Positions 48,110 through 58,048 of a stretch of DNA of 64,000 nt are shown one piece after another. The notes beneath the pieces are model-generated. The model was not told the origin of the DNA and searched no databases. It was given only the letters and a program-made list of their open reading frames with translations. The DNA is from Gemmatimonadota bacterium (lineage in GTDB: Bacteria; Gemmatimonadota; Gemmatimonadetes; Gemmatimonadales; GWC2-71-9): positions 670 to 64,669 of the forward strand of contig QHTK01000050.1 in assembly GCA_003220795.1 (NCBI GenBank), given 5' to 3'. The translations under genes were made by a program, and so were the position numbers. The stretch's first letter is position 1. Every line of letters begins with the position of its first letter.

Positions 48110-49236
48110 GCAGCCTCCCGGGCCAGGCGCCGAGCTGCGGCGTCGGCCGCGAGCACAGCGTCGAGCGTGTCCGCGCCGGTCGGCCCGGTCGCGTCCAGCA
48201 CCCGGGCGATTGTTGAGGCGATCCGGCCGAAGGGAATCGCGCCCTCGAGGAACAGCGCGACGGCGATCTCGTTGGCGGCGTTGAAGACGGTGGGGGCCGT
48301 GCCGCCGGCGGTGGCCGCGGTGCGGCCGAGGCGGTAGGCCGGATAGAGCTCCGCGTCGACGGCTTCGAAAGTGAGGCTGCCGGCGGCGACCGGATCGAAG
48401 CGTCGCGTACCCGCGTCCGGCACCCGATCCGGATGCGTCAGCGCGTACAGAATCGGCAGCTCCATCGTGGGGAACCCCACCTGCGCGAGTACCGAGCCGT
48501 CCACGAATTCCACGAACGCGTGGACCACCGATTGGGGATGCACCACGACCTCGACCGCCTCGTAGCCGAGCCCGAAGAGGAAGTGCGCCTCGATCACCTC
48601 GAGGGCCTTGTTGACGAGCGTGGCCGAGTCCACCGTGATCTTCTTTCCCATCTTCCAGGTGGGGTGACGCAGCGCCTCCGCCACGGTAGCGGCCGCGATA
48701 CGCTCGCGCGGCCACGTGCGAAACGGGCCGCCCGAGGCTGTGAGGATGAGGCGCGCCAGCTCGGCCGGCCCGCGGCCCGCGACGCACTGCAGCACCGCGC
48801 TGTGCTCGGAGTCCACCGGGACGATCTCCCCGCCCCCCTCGCGCGCCGCGCGGGTGACGAGCTCGCCGGCCATCACGAGCGTCTCTTTGTTCGCGAGGGC
48901 GACCCGCTTACCGGCTCGCAGCGCCGCGAGCGTGGCCTCGAGGCCCGCGGCGCCCACGATGCCGTTCACGACGACGCGCACGTCGGGATGGGTGGCGGCC
49001 TCGATGAGGCAGCCGGCCCCCGAACCCCGCGCCCCGGGCCCCGAGCCCCGCTTGCCGCCGTTCACGAGTCCGACATACGCCGGCCGCCACTCGGCGGCTT
49101 GCCGCTCCAGCAGGTCCGCGTTGGAGTACGCCGTGAGCGCGACCACGCGGAACCGCTCCCGCTGGCGGGCCAGGACCTGCAGGGTGGAGCAGCCGATCGA
49201 GCCGGTGGACCCGAGGATCGCGACGCCGACGCTCAT
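48100..49236 (-). CDS. dxr: 1-deoxy-D-xylulose-5-phosphate reductoisomerase
   Basis: LGSTGSIG, LANKE, PVDSEH, HPTWKMGKKITVDSATL, NAANE. Confidence 0.96.
   Translation of the reverse strand: MSVGVAILGSTGSIGCSTLQVLARQRERFRVVALTAYSNADLLERQAAEWRPAYVGLVNGGKRGSGPGARGSGAGCLIEAATHPDVRVVVNGIVGAAGLEATLAALRAGKRVALANKETLVMAGELVTRAAREGGGEIVPVDSEHSAVLQCVAGRGPAELARLILTASGGPFRTWPRERIAAATVAEALRHPTWKMGKKITVDSATLVNKALEVIEAHFLFGLGYEAVEVVVHPQSVVHAFVEFVDGSVLAQVGFPTMELPILYALTHPDRVPDAGTRRFDPVAAGSLTFEAVDAELYPAYRLGRTAATAGGTAPTVFNAANEIAVALFLEGAIPFGRIASTIARVLDATGPTGADTLDAVLAADAAARRLAREAACS
49014..49048. repeat. 5 x 7-bp tandem repeat (CGNNCCC) inside dxr
   Basis: cggcccc cgaaccc cgcgccc cgggccc cgagccc. Confidence 0.65.
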
Positions 49237-50084
49237 GCGACCCCGAACAGACGCAGCAGTCCCGCGGTCGCGGGCAAGACGAAGTAGAGCGAATCGAGCC
49301 GGTCGAGCACGCCCCCATGGCCGGGGATGAGCGACGACGAGTCCTTGACGCCCGCCTCGCGCTTGAACAGCGACTCGGCGACGTCTCCCACCTGGGCAGC
49401 CACCGCCACCACCACCCCCACCGTAGCCAGTTGCACGACGCCCAGTCGCAAGGCGACGCGGTCGAGCACCAGTGGGCCGTATACCAGCGCGGCCACGAGC
49501 CCGCCCACGATGCCGCCGACGGCGCCCGCCCACGTCTTCCGCGGCGACAGCACCGGCGCGAGCTTGGGGCCGCCGACCAGGGTGCCGGCGGCCATGGCGC
49601 ACGTGTCGCACACCCACGTCACGACGAGGGGGAACAGCACCAGCGCGACGGAGCCGCGGGGGTGCGCGTCGCTGTGCGGCCCGTGGCGGATCGCGACGGT
49701 GAACGCGAGCAGGGCGGACGCGTACAGGATGCCGAACACGGTCACCGACACGGTGGTGAGCGGGCGCCGCGCCGGTCCGCGCGCCATCGCCATGACCAGC
49801 ACGGCGAGCAGCCACAGCGCGGCGACGTAGAGCACCGGCTCCCAGTCGGCGTATCCTTTGACCCAGAAGGTCGCTAGCGGCACGGCCGCCGCCGCCACGA
49901 GCCCCAGGCGGTCGAACGGCTCGATGCCGTCACGGCGCGCCAGGTCGTACACCTCGCGCGTGCCCAGCACGCCGAGGACGGCGAGCGCGGTGGCGAGGAC
50001 CCAGCCCCCCAGCCACACCACCGCCACCGAGACGGCAATGGCGGGAACCGCGACGGCGATGCGGACCAGCAGGTTGCGGGACAT
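49233..50084 (-). CDS. cdsA: Phosphatidate cytidylyltransferase
   Basis: SPRKTWAG, GDVAESLFKREAGVKDS..LIPGHGGVLDRLDS. Confidence 0.93.
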   Translation of the reverse strand: MSRNLLVRIAVAVPAIAVSVAVVWLGGWVLATALAVLGVLGTREVYDLARRDGIEPFDRLGLVAAAAVPLATFWVKGYADWEPVLYVAALWLLAVLVMAMARGPARRPLTTVSVTVFGILYASALLAFTVAIRHGPHSDAHPRGSVALVLFPLVVTWVCDTCAMAAGTLVGGPKLAPVLSPRKTWAGAVGGIVGGLVAALVYGPLVLDRVALRLGVVQLATVGVVVAVAAQVGDVAESLFKREAGVKDSSSLIPGHGGVLDRLDSLYFVLPATAGLLRLFGVA

Positions 50085-50848
50085 CAGGGGGGAGCCGTGG
50101 GGGCCGTGGGGGCCGTGACCTTGCCAAACCGCCGCTCGCGCCGCTGGTAGTCGAGGATCGCTTGAAACAGATCGCGTCGCGTGACGTCGGGCCAGAGCAC
50201 CGGCGTCATGTACAACTCGGTGTAGGCGAGCTGCCACAGCAGGAAGTTCGAGATGCGCAGCTCGCCCGACGTGCGAATCAGCAGATCGGGGTCGCTCCAG
50301 GGAGCGGTGTAGAGCTTGTCGCGCACCGCCTCCTCGTCGATGTCCTCGAGCCGCTTCGTGCCCTTCAGGACTTCCTCGGCGAGCAGGCGCGCCGCGCGCG
50401 CCAGCTCGGCGCGGGACGAATAGGAGATGCACAGATTGAGCGCCAGCCGCCTGCCGCCGCGCGTGTCTCGCTCCACGCGGTCGACGGCGGCGCGGGCGCC
50501 GGGCGCGAGCCGCGCCCGCTCGCCCAGCACGTGCACCGTGACGCCCTGCGCGCGCAGCTCCTTGGCTTCCTTGGCGATGTACTCCTCGAGCAGGCTCATC
50601 AGCGCGGAGATCTCGGTGGGAGGGCGCTGCCAGTTCTCCTCGGAGAACGCGAACAGCGTGACCACTTCGACCCCGGCTTCGATCGCGCCTTCGACGATCT
50701 CGCGCACCGCCTTCATCCCGGCGCGGTGCCCGAACGGGCGCGGCAGGTTGCGCTCCCGCGCCCACCGGCCGTTGCCGTCCATGATGATGGCCACGTGGCG
50801 GGGCACGGCCCCGTTCAGGCGGATCTGCCCGAGCAGGTCGTCGGTCAC
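50084..50848 (-). CDS. uppS: Undecaprenyl diphosphate synthase
   Basis: HVAIIMDGNGRWA, FSEENWQRP, IRTSGELRISNFLLWQ. Confidence 0.96.
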   Translation of the reverse strand: MTDDLLGQIRLNGAVPRHVAIIMDGNGRWARERNLPRPFGHRAGMKAVREIVEGAIEAGVEVVTLFAFSEENWQRPPTEISALMSLLEEYIAKEAKELRAQGVTVHVLGERARLAPGARAAVDRVERDTRGGRRLALNLCISYSSRAELARAARLLAEEVLKGTKRLEDIDEEAVRDKLYTAPWSDPDLLIRTSGELRISNFLLWQLAYTELYMTPVLWPDVTRRDLFQAILDYQRRERRFGKVTAPTAPTAPP

Positions 50849-51412
50849 CTAGACCTCCATGATCTCCGCTTCCTTGGCCTTGACCGCGGCGTCCACCAGC
50901 TTCAGGTGGTCGTCGTGCAGCTTCTGCACCTCCTTCTCGGCGTGTTTCTTTTCGTCGTCGGAGACGTGCTCGGTCTTCTTGATGCGACTGATCGCGTCGG
51001 TCCGGGCGTGGCGCACCGCCACGCGACTCTCCTCGGCGAACTTGTGCACCACCTTCACCAGCTCTCGGCGGCGCTCCTCGGTGAGCGCCGGGATGGGGAT
51101 GCGGATGACCGCGCCGTCGTTGGCCGGCGTGAGGCCCAGGTCCGACGTGAGGATCGCCTTCTCGATCGCTTTGAGGAGGGTTTTGTCCCAGGGCTGGATC
51201 GTGAGCAGCTTCGGTTCGGGCGCCGCGACGCTCGCCACCTGGTTGAGCGGCATCTCGCTGCCGTAGGCATCCACCCGCACGAGATCGAGCAGCGCCGTGG
51301 TCGCCTTCCCGGTGCGCACCGTGGCGAACTCGCGCTTCACCGCTTCCACCGCCTTGTCCATCGCCTGCCGGGCGTGCTTGACGTGGTCTGTCAGACTCGT
51401 GACGGTGGTCAT
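50849..51412 (-). CDS. frr: Ribosome recycling factor
   Basis: [28 protein letters not shown]. Confidence 0.95.
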   Translation of the reverse strand: MTTVTSLTDHVKHARQAMDKAVEAVKREFATVRTGKATTALLDLVRVDAYGSEMPLNQVASVAAPEPKLLTIQPWDKTLLKAIEKAILTSDLGLTPANDGAVIRIPIPALTEERRRELVKVVHKFAEESRVAVRHARTDAISRIKKTEHVSDDEKKHAEKEVQKLHDDHLKLVDAAVKAKEAEIMEV

Positions 51413-52152
51413 GTGACGATGGTGCCGACGCGCTCCCCGGCCAGCACCCTGGCCGTCGCGCCGGGCTGGTTGATGTTGAACACTACGATGGGAAGCTTGT
51501 TCTCCTTGCACAAGCCGAACGCGTTCGCGTCCATCACGGCGTAGCCGTTGACGAGCGCGTCGCGAAACGACAGCTCGGCGAGAAATTTCGCCTTGGGGTC
51601 CTCCTTCGGGTCGGCGGTGTACACGCCGTCGACGTTGGTCGCCTTGAGCAGCACCTTGGCCTCGACCTCGAGCGCCCGCAGCACCGCCGCGGTGTCGGTC
51701 GAAAAGTACGGGTTGCCCGTCCCGCCCGCGAAAATCACCATGCGCCCCTTTTCGAGGTGGCGCACTGCCCGGCGCCGGATGTAGGGCTCCGCCAGCTCCT
51801 CCATGCGGATCGCCGTCATCACGCGCGTGTCGACGCCCTTCTTTTCGAGGATGTCTTGCAGCGCGAGGGCGTTGATGACCGTGGCGAGCATCCCCATGTA
51901 GTCGGCGGACACGCGATCCATGCCCTGCGCGCTGGCGGCCGTGCCGCGCAGGATGTTGCCGCCCCCGACCACCAGGCCCAGCTGCACGCCCAGGGCCGCC
52001 ACCGTCTTCAGCTCGTTCGCGAGGCGGTCGATGATCTCGAAATCGAGCCCCCCGCCCGCCCCGCGGTCGCCCGCGAACGCCTCGCCCGAGAGCTTGAGCA
52101 AGGCGCGCGAGTAGGCGAGGCGGGGCCGCGCGACGGGCGCGGGGGTCGCCAA
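51409..52152 (-). CDS. pyrH: UMP kinase
   Basis: [29 protein letters not shown]. Confidence 0.96.
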   Translation of the reverse strand: MATPAPVARPRLAYSRALLKLSGEAFAGDRGAGGGLDFEIIDRLANELKTVAALGVQLGLVVGGGNILRGTAASAQGMDRVSADYMGMLATVINALALQDILEKKGVDTRVMTAIRMEELAEPYIRRRAVRHLEKGRMVIFAGGTGNPYFSTDTAAVLRALEVEAKVLLKATNVDGVYTADPKEDPKAKFLAELSFRDALVNGYAVMDANAFGLCKENKLPIVVFNINQPGATARVLAGERVGTIVT

Positions 52153-52153
52153 C

Positions 52154-52762
52154 TCAGCCCTCCCCGACCTTCAGGCGCGCGAACCGCCGCACGTCGATCT
52201 TCTCCCCCGTCTTGGCCGACAGTTCCTTCACGAGGTCGCCCACCGTGCGCTTGTCATCCCTCACGAACTTCTGCTCGAGCAGGACGTTGTCCTCGTAGAA
52301 CTTCTTGATCATGCCCTCCACGATCTTGCCACGGATGTGCTCGGGTTTCTTCTGCTCGGCGACCTGGGCCTCGTAGACCTTGCGCTCCCGTTGCAGCAGC
52401 TCCGCGGGCAGATCCTCGATCCGCACCGCGAGTGGGTTGGTCGCGGCGATGTGCACGGCCAGGTCGCGGGCGAGCGCCTTGAAGTCTTCGGTACGAGCCA
52501 CGAAGTCCGTTTCGCAGTTGAGCTCGACCAGCACACCCAGCCCGCCGTCGTGGTGGACGTAGGAGCCGATTACGCCCTCCGACGCCTCGCGGCGGGCCCG
52601 CTTGTCGGCCTTAGCCGCGCCTTTCTGGCGCAGCAGGTCGACTGCCTTTTCCAGGTCACCGGCGGTCTCCTCGAGCGCCCGCTTGCAGTCCATCATGCCT
52701 GCGCCGGTGCGGGCGCGGAGCTCGGCCACGAGCTTCGCCGGAATGTCTTTCACGGTCGCCAT
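52154..52762 (-). CDS. tsf: Elongation factor Ts (short form)
   Basis: [26 protein letters not shown]. Confidence 0.96.
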   Translation of the reverse strand: MATVKDIPAKLVAELRARTGAGMMDCKRALEETAGDLEKAVDLLRQKGAAKADKRARREASEGVIGSYVHHDGGLGVLVELNCETDFVARTEDFKALARDLAVHIAATNPLAVRIEDLPAELLQRERKVYEAQVAEQKKPEHIRGKIVEGMIKKFYEDNVLLEQKFVRDDKRTVGDLVKELSAKTGEKIDVRRFARLKVGEG

Positions 52763-52777
52763 CTCCTGACTCCTCAC

Positions 52778-52820
52778 AAAAAACGCCGCCCTCGCGCCGT
52801 GCGGCTAGGAGAGGGCGGCG
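52778..52820 (-). terminator. Intrinsic terminator/attenuator between rpsB and tsf
   Basis: 10-bp stem CGCCGCCCTC/GAGGGCGGCG followed on the minus strand by T6. Confidence 0.7.
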
Positions 52821-52853
52821 ATGGGTTGTCCAAGGTCGGGCGGTCCGGGCCTG

Positions 52854-53735
52854 CTAGCCTTCGCCCCCGCCGCTCGATTCGGCCGGCGCGGGCGCCTCCT
52901 CGGTCTTGAGCCGGGCCGCAATCGCCTCGGGCTTGGGCCGCCGCTTGCGGCGCGCCGGCTTCTTCTTCTTGTCGCCCTCGGCCTCCGCCTCGACGCCGGT
53001 CTCCGTGGAGTACGTCACGCCTTCGCCCTCCTCGGCCGGCTCGCGCAGCGGCGACTGCCGGCGCGCCTCCCCGATCAGGTCCGAGATCGCGGCCGTGATG
53101 AGCGAGACCGCGCGGATCGCGTCGTCATTGCCGGGGATCGGCACGCTGATCAAGTCCGGGTCCGCGTTCGTGTCCACGATCGCGACCACCGGGATCCCGA
53201 GCTTGTTCGCCTCCGCCACCGCGATACGCTCCTTCTTCGAGTCCACCACGAACAATGCGCCCGGGAGCCGGCCCATGTTTTTGATGCCGGAGAGGTACTT
53301 CTCGAGCTTCAAACGCTCGCGGTTGAACAGCAGCTGCTCTTTCTTGGTGTGGTGCTCGAACTCACCTTCGCTGATCCCCTGCTCCAGATCCTTCAGCCGC
53401 TTGATCTGCTTCTTGATCGTCTGGAAGTTCGTGAGCGTACCACCCAGCCAGCGCTCGGTCACGTAGAACGCGCCGCAGCGCTCCGCCTCCGCCTGGAGGA
53501 TGTTCTTGAGCTGCTTCTTGGTGCAGACGAACAGGACGCCCTCACCCTTCAGCACCACGCCGCGCAGCAGCTCCTGCGCGGCCTCGATCTGACGAAGGGT
53601 CTTCTGCAGGTCGATGATGTAGATGCCGGAGCGTTCGGCGAAGATGAACCGCCGCATCTTCGGATTCCAGCGACGCGTCTGGTGGCCGAAGTGCACGCCC
53701 GCTTCCAGCAGATCCTGCAACTGAGGCTGCGCCAT
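52854..53735 (-). CDS. rpsB: 30S ribosomal protein S2
   Basis: LLEAGVHFGHQTRRWNPKM, RWLGGTLTN, PGNDDAIRAV. Confidence 0.97.
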   Translation of the reverse strand: MAQPQLQDLLEAGVHFGHQTRRWNPKMRRFIFAERSGIYIIDLQKTLRQIEAAQELLRGVVLKGEGVLFVCTKKQLKNILQAEAERCGAFYVTERWLGGTLTNFQTIKKQIKRLKDLEQGISEGEFEHHTKKEQLLFNRERLKLEKYLSGIKNMGRLPGALFVVDSKKERIAVAEANKLGIPVVAIVDTNADPDLISVPIPGNDDAIRAVSLITAAISDLIGEARRQSPLREPAEEGEGVTYSTETGVEAEAEGDKKKKPARRKRRPKPEAIAARLKTEEAPAPAESSGGGEG

Positions 53736-53749
53736 GCCCTTCCTTTCTT

Positions 53750-53825
53750 GGGTTCGATCCGCCGCTGCCGTCATCTCCGGTGCCACCCCGTAGGGACCCA
53801 GCATCGGATCGGGCAACGTGTGTGA
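53750..53825 (-). ncRNA. rpsB leader (t44/S2-binding RNA-like)
   Basis: Minus strand CACACACG...GGGGTG...AACCC directly upstream of rpsB, matching the remembered t44 layout. Confidence 0.55.
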
Positions 53826-53841
53826 TAGACTGCGCTTTCCT

Positions 53842-54249
53842 TTATCTCTTCGAGAACTGGAACCGCTTGCGCGCGCCCGCCCGCCCCGGCTTCTTGCGCT
53901 CGACCGCGCGTGGATCCCGCGTCAACAGGCCTTGCTCCCGCAGCTTCTTGCGGTGCCGCTCGTCCGCGAGGCACAGCGCCCGCGCGATCGCGAGTCGCAA
54001 TGCCCCGGCTTGACCGGTTTGACCGCCTCCCGACGCGATGGCGCGGACGTCGAACGCGCCCAGCGTGTCGGTCGCCGTGAACGGCTGCTGGATATGGGAC
54101 ACGAGCGAGGCGCGCGGGAAGTAGTCACCGAGCGTCCGACCGTTGATGTTCCACTTCCCCGACCCGGGCGTGAGATACACCCGCGCCACGCCCAGTTTGC
54201 GGCGACCGACCGCGTGCCAGCGGAGCTCCGGCGTGATCGCCGAGCTCAT
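53842..54249 (-). CDS. rpsI: 30S ribosomal protein S9
   Basis: GRRK, GGGQTGQAGA, LTRDPRAVERKKPG..ARKRFQFSKR. Confidence 0.97.
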   Translation of the reverse strand: MSSAITPELRWHAVGRRKLGVARVYLTPGSGKWNINGRTLGDYFPRASLVSHIQQPFTATDTLGAFDVRAIASGGGQTGQAGALRLAIARALCLADERHRKKLREQGLLTRDPRAVERKKPGRAGARKRFQFSKR

Positions 54250-54689
54250 GACGCCACGCCCAGGCTGAGCTGCTCGGGCTGCTGGGCGGCGTGCGGATGC
54301 GTTGGGCCGGCGTACACCTTCAGCATCTGCTTCACGTGCTGCCGGGACAACGTCGTCTTCGGGAGCATCCCCCACACCGCCCGCTCGATCACCCGGTCGG
54401 GGTGCTTCGCGAGCAGCGTCTTGAGCGGCGTGAACCGCTCGTGCCCCATGTAGCCGGTGTGCCGGAAGTAGCGCTTCTGCTCGAGCTTGCGACCGGTGAG
54501 CTTCACCTTTTCGGCGTTGACGATCACGACGAAATCGCCGGCGTTCAGGTGCGGAGTGAACGTGGGCTTGTGCTTGCCCCGCAGGACCTGCGCGACGCGA
54601 CTCGCCAGCCGGCCGAGCGGCTGCCCGGCGGCGTCCACGACGAACCAGCGACGCGTGATGTCCTCCTTGCGCAGCGAAAACGTCTGCAT
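54246..54689 (-). CDS. rplM: 50S ribosomal protein L13
   Basis: WFVVDA, LGRLAS, LRGKHKPTFTPH, GMLPK, HPHAAQQP. Confidence 0.97.
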   Translation of the reverse strand: MQTFSLRKEDITRRWFVVDAAGQPLGRLASRVAQVLRGKHKPTFTPHLNAGDFVVIVNAEKVKLTGRKLEQKRYFRHTGYMGHERFTPLKTLLAKHPDRVIERAVWGMLPKTTLSRQHVKQMLKVYAGPTHPHAAQQPEQLSLGVAS

Positions 54690-54733
54690 CGTCCCAAGAC
54701 CCGGAAAAAGACGTGCCGTTGTTATAGCCGCGA

Positions 54734-54762
54734 AGAATACCCGGGGCCTAAGGCCCTGTCAA
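54734..54762 (-). promoter_or_regulatory. Putative sigma70 promoter of the rplM-rpsI operon
   Basis: Minus strand TTGACA-17 bp-TATTCT; the -35 overlaps the upstream stop codon. Confidence 0.7.
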
Positions 54763-55277
54763 CCCGAAGCTTCCGGGCTCGCGAGGGTCACGAGCGGCGC
54801 GCCGCGCTCGACCGCCTGACCGACCGCCACGTGCACCGTCGCGACCACACCCGAGTGGGGCGCGCGCAGCTCGTTCTCCATTTTCATCGCTTCCACCACG
54901 ACGAGACCCGCGCCCGCTAGGACGGGCTGCCCGGCGGCGACCTCGATCCGAACGACGAGACCGGGCATGGGGGCCTTGACGGTGCGACTCTCCGCCGGCC
55001 CGGCGCGCGGCGCGGCGTGCGTCTGGCGCTGCCAGCTGCGCTCGTCCAGCGCCTCGACCTCCACCCGCTCGCCCACGACGCCCAACGCCCAGCGCCCCGG
55101 CCCCTCTCCTGGCTGCACGGCCACGGTCCAGGACGCGCCGCCGACCAGGAGGTGACGCAACGGTGTGCCGGGGAGCGCGGCGAGCTGCACGTCGAGCGTT
55201 TCCCCGCCCATGGTCACCCGAGTCCCGTCGACCTCCACATCCACCGTGCGGTCGCCGAGGCGGACGGAGTACTTCAC
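54759..55277 (-). CDS. Biotin carboxyl carrier subunit of an acyl-CoA carboxylase
   Basis: KAPMPG, EAMKMENEL biotinylation motif. Confidence 0.9.
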   Translation of the reverse strand: MKYSVRLGDRTVDVEVDGTRVTMGGETLDVQLAALPGTPLRHLLVGGASWTVAVQPGEGPGRWALGVVGERVEVEALDERSWQRQTHAAPRAGPAESRTVKAPMPGLVVRIEVAAGQPVLAGAGLVVVEAMKMENELRAPHSGVVATVHVAVGQAVERGAPLVTLASPEASG

Positions 55278-56512
55278 GCCCCCTCCAGCACCACCACCGT
55301 CTCCACGTGCGCCGTCTGCGGGAACAGGTCGAACGCCCGTACGGCGGTCACGCGGTAGTTCACGCGCAACCGGTGGAGGTCGCGCGCCAGCGTCGCGGGG
55401 TCGCACGAGCGGTAGATGACACGCGCCACCGGCTGGCTCGTGAGCCGCAGCGTCACGTTCCAGTGCAGGCCGGCGCGCGGCGGGTTCACCACGACGACGT
55501 TCGGGTCGGGGAGCGTGGAGAGGACGTCCTCCGCCCGCCCCGCGATGAAGCGGATGGGGCGCTCCGCGGCGCGCCCCCGCGCCCATGCCACGGCCTGCTC
55601 ATCCGCGTCGACGCTCACGACCTGCGCCCCGCGGCCCGCGAGCTGGACGGCGGTGTCGCCGATGCCGCCGTACAGGTCCCAGGCGACGGCGCCACGCAGA
55701 TCCCCCAGCTGATCGACCGCCCAGCGACGTGCCACCAGCCCCATCTCCGGGTGCACCTGCTCGAACGCGGTAGCAGGGAAGCCGGTCGCCGGCCCGGCGA
55801 CGACGCGGGCGGCGCCGTCCGCCGGGTGCCACCAGCAGACCACCGTGTCGCCCTGCGGCAGCGCCGCCCGTAACCGCTCGGCGTCGAGCCACGGCTCCCC
55901 GCTTGATTCCGCGAGGATGTGGCGGCGCCCGTCGCGGTCGAGCCGCAACGTCAGCCGCGTGAGCCGCGCCGGCAGCAGGTCGAGCCGCGGCTTGAGCTCG
56001 CGCCACAGCGCCATGAGCCGGAAGTCCGTGATGTGGCAGTCGACGAGCGAGAAGACACGACCCGGCTGATAGTACGGGTGGAACCCGACCGTCCTGGACC
56101 GCCCTCGACCGCCTTCGACCGCCAGACTTACTTTCGCCCGATACCGCCACTCCTCGACCGCTTCGACGATCTCCGGGTCGGGGACGTCGAGCTTGCCGAT
56201 GCGTCGCAAGGCGTCGCCCACGATGGCCTGCTTGGCGGCGAGCTGGGCGTCGTAGCTCAGGTGCTGCAGCTGGCAGCCGCTGCAGCGGTCGCTCACGTAA
56301 TGGGGGCACGACGCCGCGACCCGGGACGGACCGGTCCCGACGATCTCGGCCAGCTCGCCGCGCGCGAAATGTTTGTGGAGCTGCACGCCGTCGCGCAGCC
56401 GGATGCGCTCGCCCGGTGCGGCGCGGGGAACGAAGACGGCGCGGCCGTCGGCGAGGCGTCCCACGCCGTCGCCGCCGGTGGCGATGGCGGTGATCGTGAC
56501 CACCTCGCTCAC
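55274..56512 (-). CDS. RlmD/TrmA-family RNA (uracil-5)-methyltransferase with TRAM domain
   Basis: GDGVGR..DGRAVFV, CPHY..RCSGC, NPPRAG, SCDPATLARD, DLFPQTAHVE. Confidence 0.85.
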   Translation of the reverse strand: MSEVVTITAIATGGDGVGRLADGRAVFVPRAAPGERIRLRDGVQLHKHFARGELAEIVGTGPSRVAASCPHYVSDRCSGCQLQHLSYDAQLAAKQAIVGDALRRIGKLDVPDPEIVEAVEEWRYRAKVSLAVEGGRGRSRTVGFHPYYQPGRVFSLVDCHITDFRLMALWRELKPRLDLLPARLTRLTLRLDRDGRRHILAESSGEPWLDAERLRAALPQGDTVVCWWHPADGAARVVAGPATGFPATAFEQVHPEMGLVARRWAVDQLGDLRGAVAWDLYGGIGDTAVQLAGRGAQVVSVDADEQAVAWARGRAAERPIRFIAGRAEDVLSTLPDPNVVVVNPPRAGLHWNVTLRLTSQPVARVIYRSCDPATLARDLHRLRVNYRVTAVRAFDLFPQTAHVETVVVLEGA

Positions 56513-58023
56513 CCGCCGATGCTCTCCCGGCGGGCGGCGAGGAGCCAGGGAGACGGGCCATCGGGCGCTGGGGCGGCCGGCGGTGGGGTCGCCTCCGCGC
56601 GCTGTTGTTCCGCGAGCAGCGCCGCGGCGATCGCGAGCGGCTGGGCCAGCTCGGGGGCCAGGTCCGCCGCGAGCAGGCGCTGGCCGACGCGCTCGAAATA
56701 GGTGACGTCGACGTCGCCGCGCTGGAACTCGGGGTCCGCCATCACGCGCAGGTGGAACGACTGCGACGACGGGAGGCCCACGATGACGAGCTCACGCAGC
56801 GCCCGGCGCATGCGCTGCAGCGCGGTGGCCCGGGTGTCCCCCCACACGATGAGCTTGGCGAGGAGCGGGTCGTAAAACAGCGTCACCTCGTTGCCCGCTT
56901 CCACCCCGGCGTCCCACCGGACGCCGGGGCCGGAGGGGGGCTGCAGGTGGCGGATGACGCCGGTGGCCGGCAGGAAGTCGTTGAACGGATCTTCCGCGGT
57001 GATGCGACACTCGATGGCGTGGCCGCGCGGTTGCAGCGCGCCGGAGTGCACCCGCAGGGGCTGGCCCTGGGCGACGCGCAGCTGCTCGCGTACGATGTCC
57101 ACGCCGTACACCAGCTCGGTGACGGGGTGCTCGACCTGGAGTCGCGTGTTCATCTCGAGGAAGTAGAACTCTCCGGTCGGGGCGAGCAGGAACTCGATGG
57201 TGCCGGCGCCGAGGTAGCCCACCGAGCCGGCGGCGGCGGTCGCCGCCTCGCTCAGGCGCCGCCGCAGCGCCGGAGTGACCGCCACGGACGGCGCCTCCTC
57301 GATCAGCTTCTGATGACGGCGCTGGATGCTGCACTCGCGCTCGCCCAGCGCGACGACCCGGCCGTAGGTGTCGGCGAGCACCTGCACCTCGATGTGGCGG
57401 GGGCGCTCGAGGTATTTCTCGACGTACAGCTCCCCCGCCCCGAACGCCTTCAGCGCCTCGCTCTGCGCCGTCTCGAAGGCGGACTCGAGCTCCCCCTCCT
57501 CGCGGATCAGCCGCATCCCTTTGCCGCCGCCGCCGGCGATGGCCTTGAGGAGCACCGGAAGCCCTAGCCGCGCTGCTTCGCTCTTCGCCTGAACATGGTC
57601 GGCCACCGGCCGCGTCGTGCCCGGCACGATCGGCACGCCGGCGGCCTGCATGCGGCGGCGCGCTTCGGTCTTGTCGCCCATCGCGCGGATGGCGGTAGCG
57701 GGCGGACCGATGAAGGTCAGTCCCGCCAGCGCGACGGCTTCGGCGAACGGAGCGCGCTCGGAGAGGAAGCCGTACCCCGGGTGGACGGCCTGGCAGTCTG
57801 TGGCGCGCGCCGCCTCTAGGAGCTTGGCGACGTCGAGATACGATTCGGCGGCCGGCGGGGCACCGATCGGGACGGCGCGGTGGGCGGCCCGCACGTGGGG
57901 CGAGAGCCGGTCGGCGTCCGAGTACACGGCCACCGACTCGAGCCCTTCCTCATGGCAGGCCCGGATGATGCGCAGCGCGATTTCACCGCGGTTCGCGACC
58001 AGGACGCGCGTGAATGAAGCCAT
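56509..58023 (-). CDS. Biotin carboxylase subunit (acetyl/propionyl-CoA carboxylase)
   Basis: VANRGEIA, HPGYGFLSE, GGGGKGMR, RECSIQRRHQK, EMNTRLQVEHPVTE. Confidence 0.93.
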   Translation of the reverse strand: MASFTRVLVANRGEIALRIIRACHEEGLESVAVYSDADRLSPHVRAAHRAVPIGAPPAAESYLDVAKLLEAARATDCQAVHPGYGFLSERAPFAEAVALAGLTFIGPPATAIRAMGDKTEARRRMQAAGVPIVPGTTRPVADHVQAKSEAARLGLPVLLKAIAGGGGKGMRLIREEGELESAFETAQSEALKAFGAGELYVEKYLERPRHIEVQVLADTYGRVVALGERECSIQRRHQKLIEEAPSVAVTPALRRRLSEAATAAAGSVGYLGAGTIEFLLAPTGEFYFLEMNTRLQVEHPVTELVYGVDIVREQLRVAQGQPLRVHSGALQPRGHAIECRITAEDPFNDFLPATGVIRHLQPPSGPGVRWDAGVEAGNEVTLFYDPLLAKLIVWGDTRATALQRMRRALRELVIVGLPSSQSFHLRVMADPEFQRGDVDVTYFERVGQRLLAADLAPELAQPLAIAAALLAEQQRAEATPPPAAPAPDGPSPWLLAARRESIGG

Positions 58024-58048
58024 CAGACGTCAGACATCGGACGTCTCA
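58021..58048. repeat. 4 x 7-bp tandem repeat filling an intergenic spacer
   Basis: catcaga cgtcaga catcgga cgtctca. Confidence 0.6.

Noticed and set aside
52154..52762. EF-Ts only ~200 aa
   Set aside because: The short dimeric form is well known in several phyla; not a truncation.
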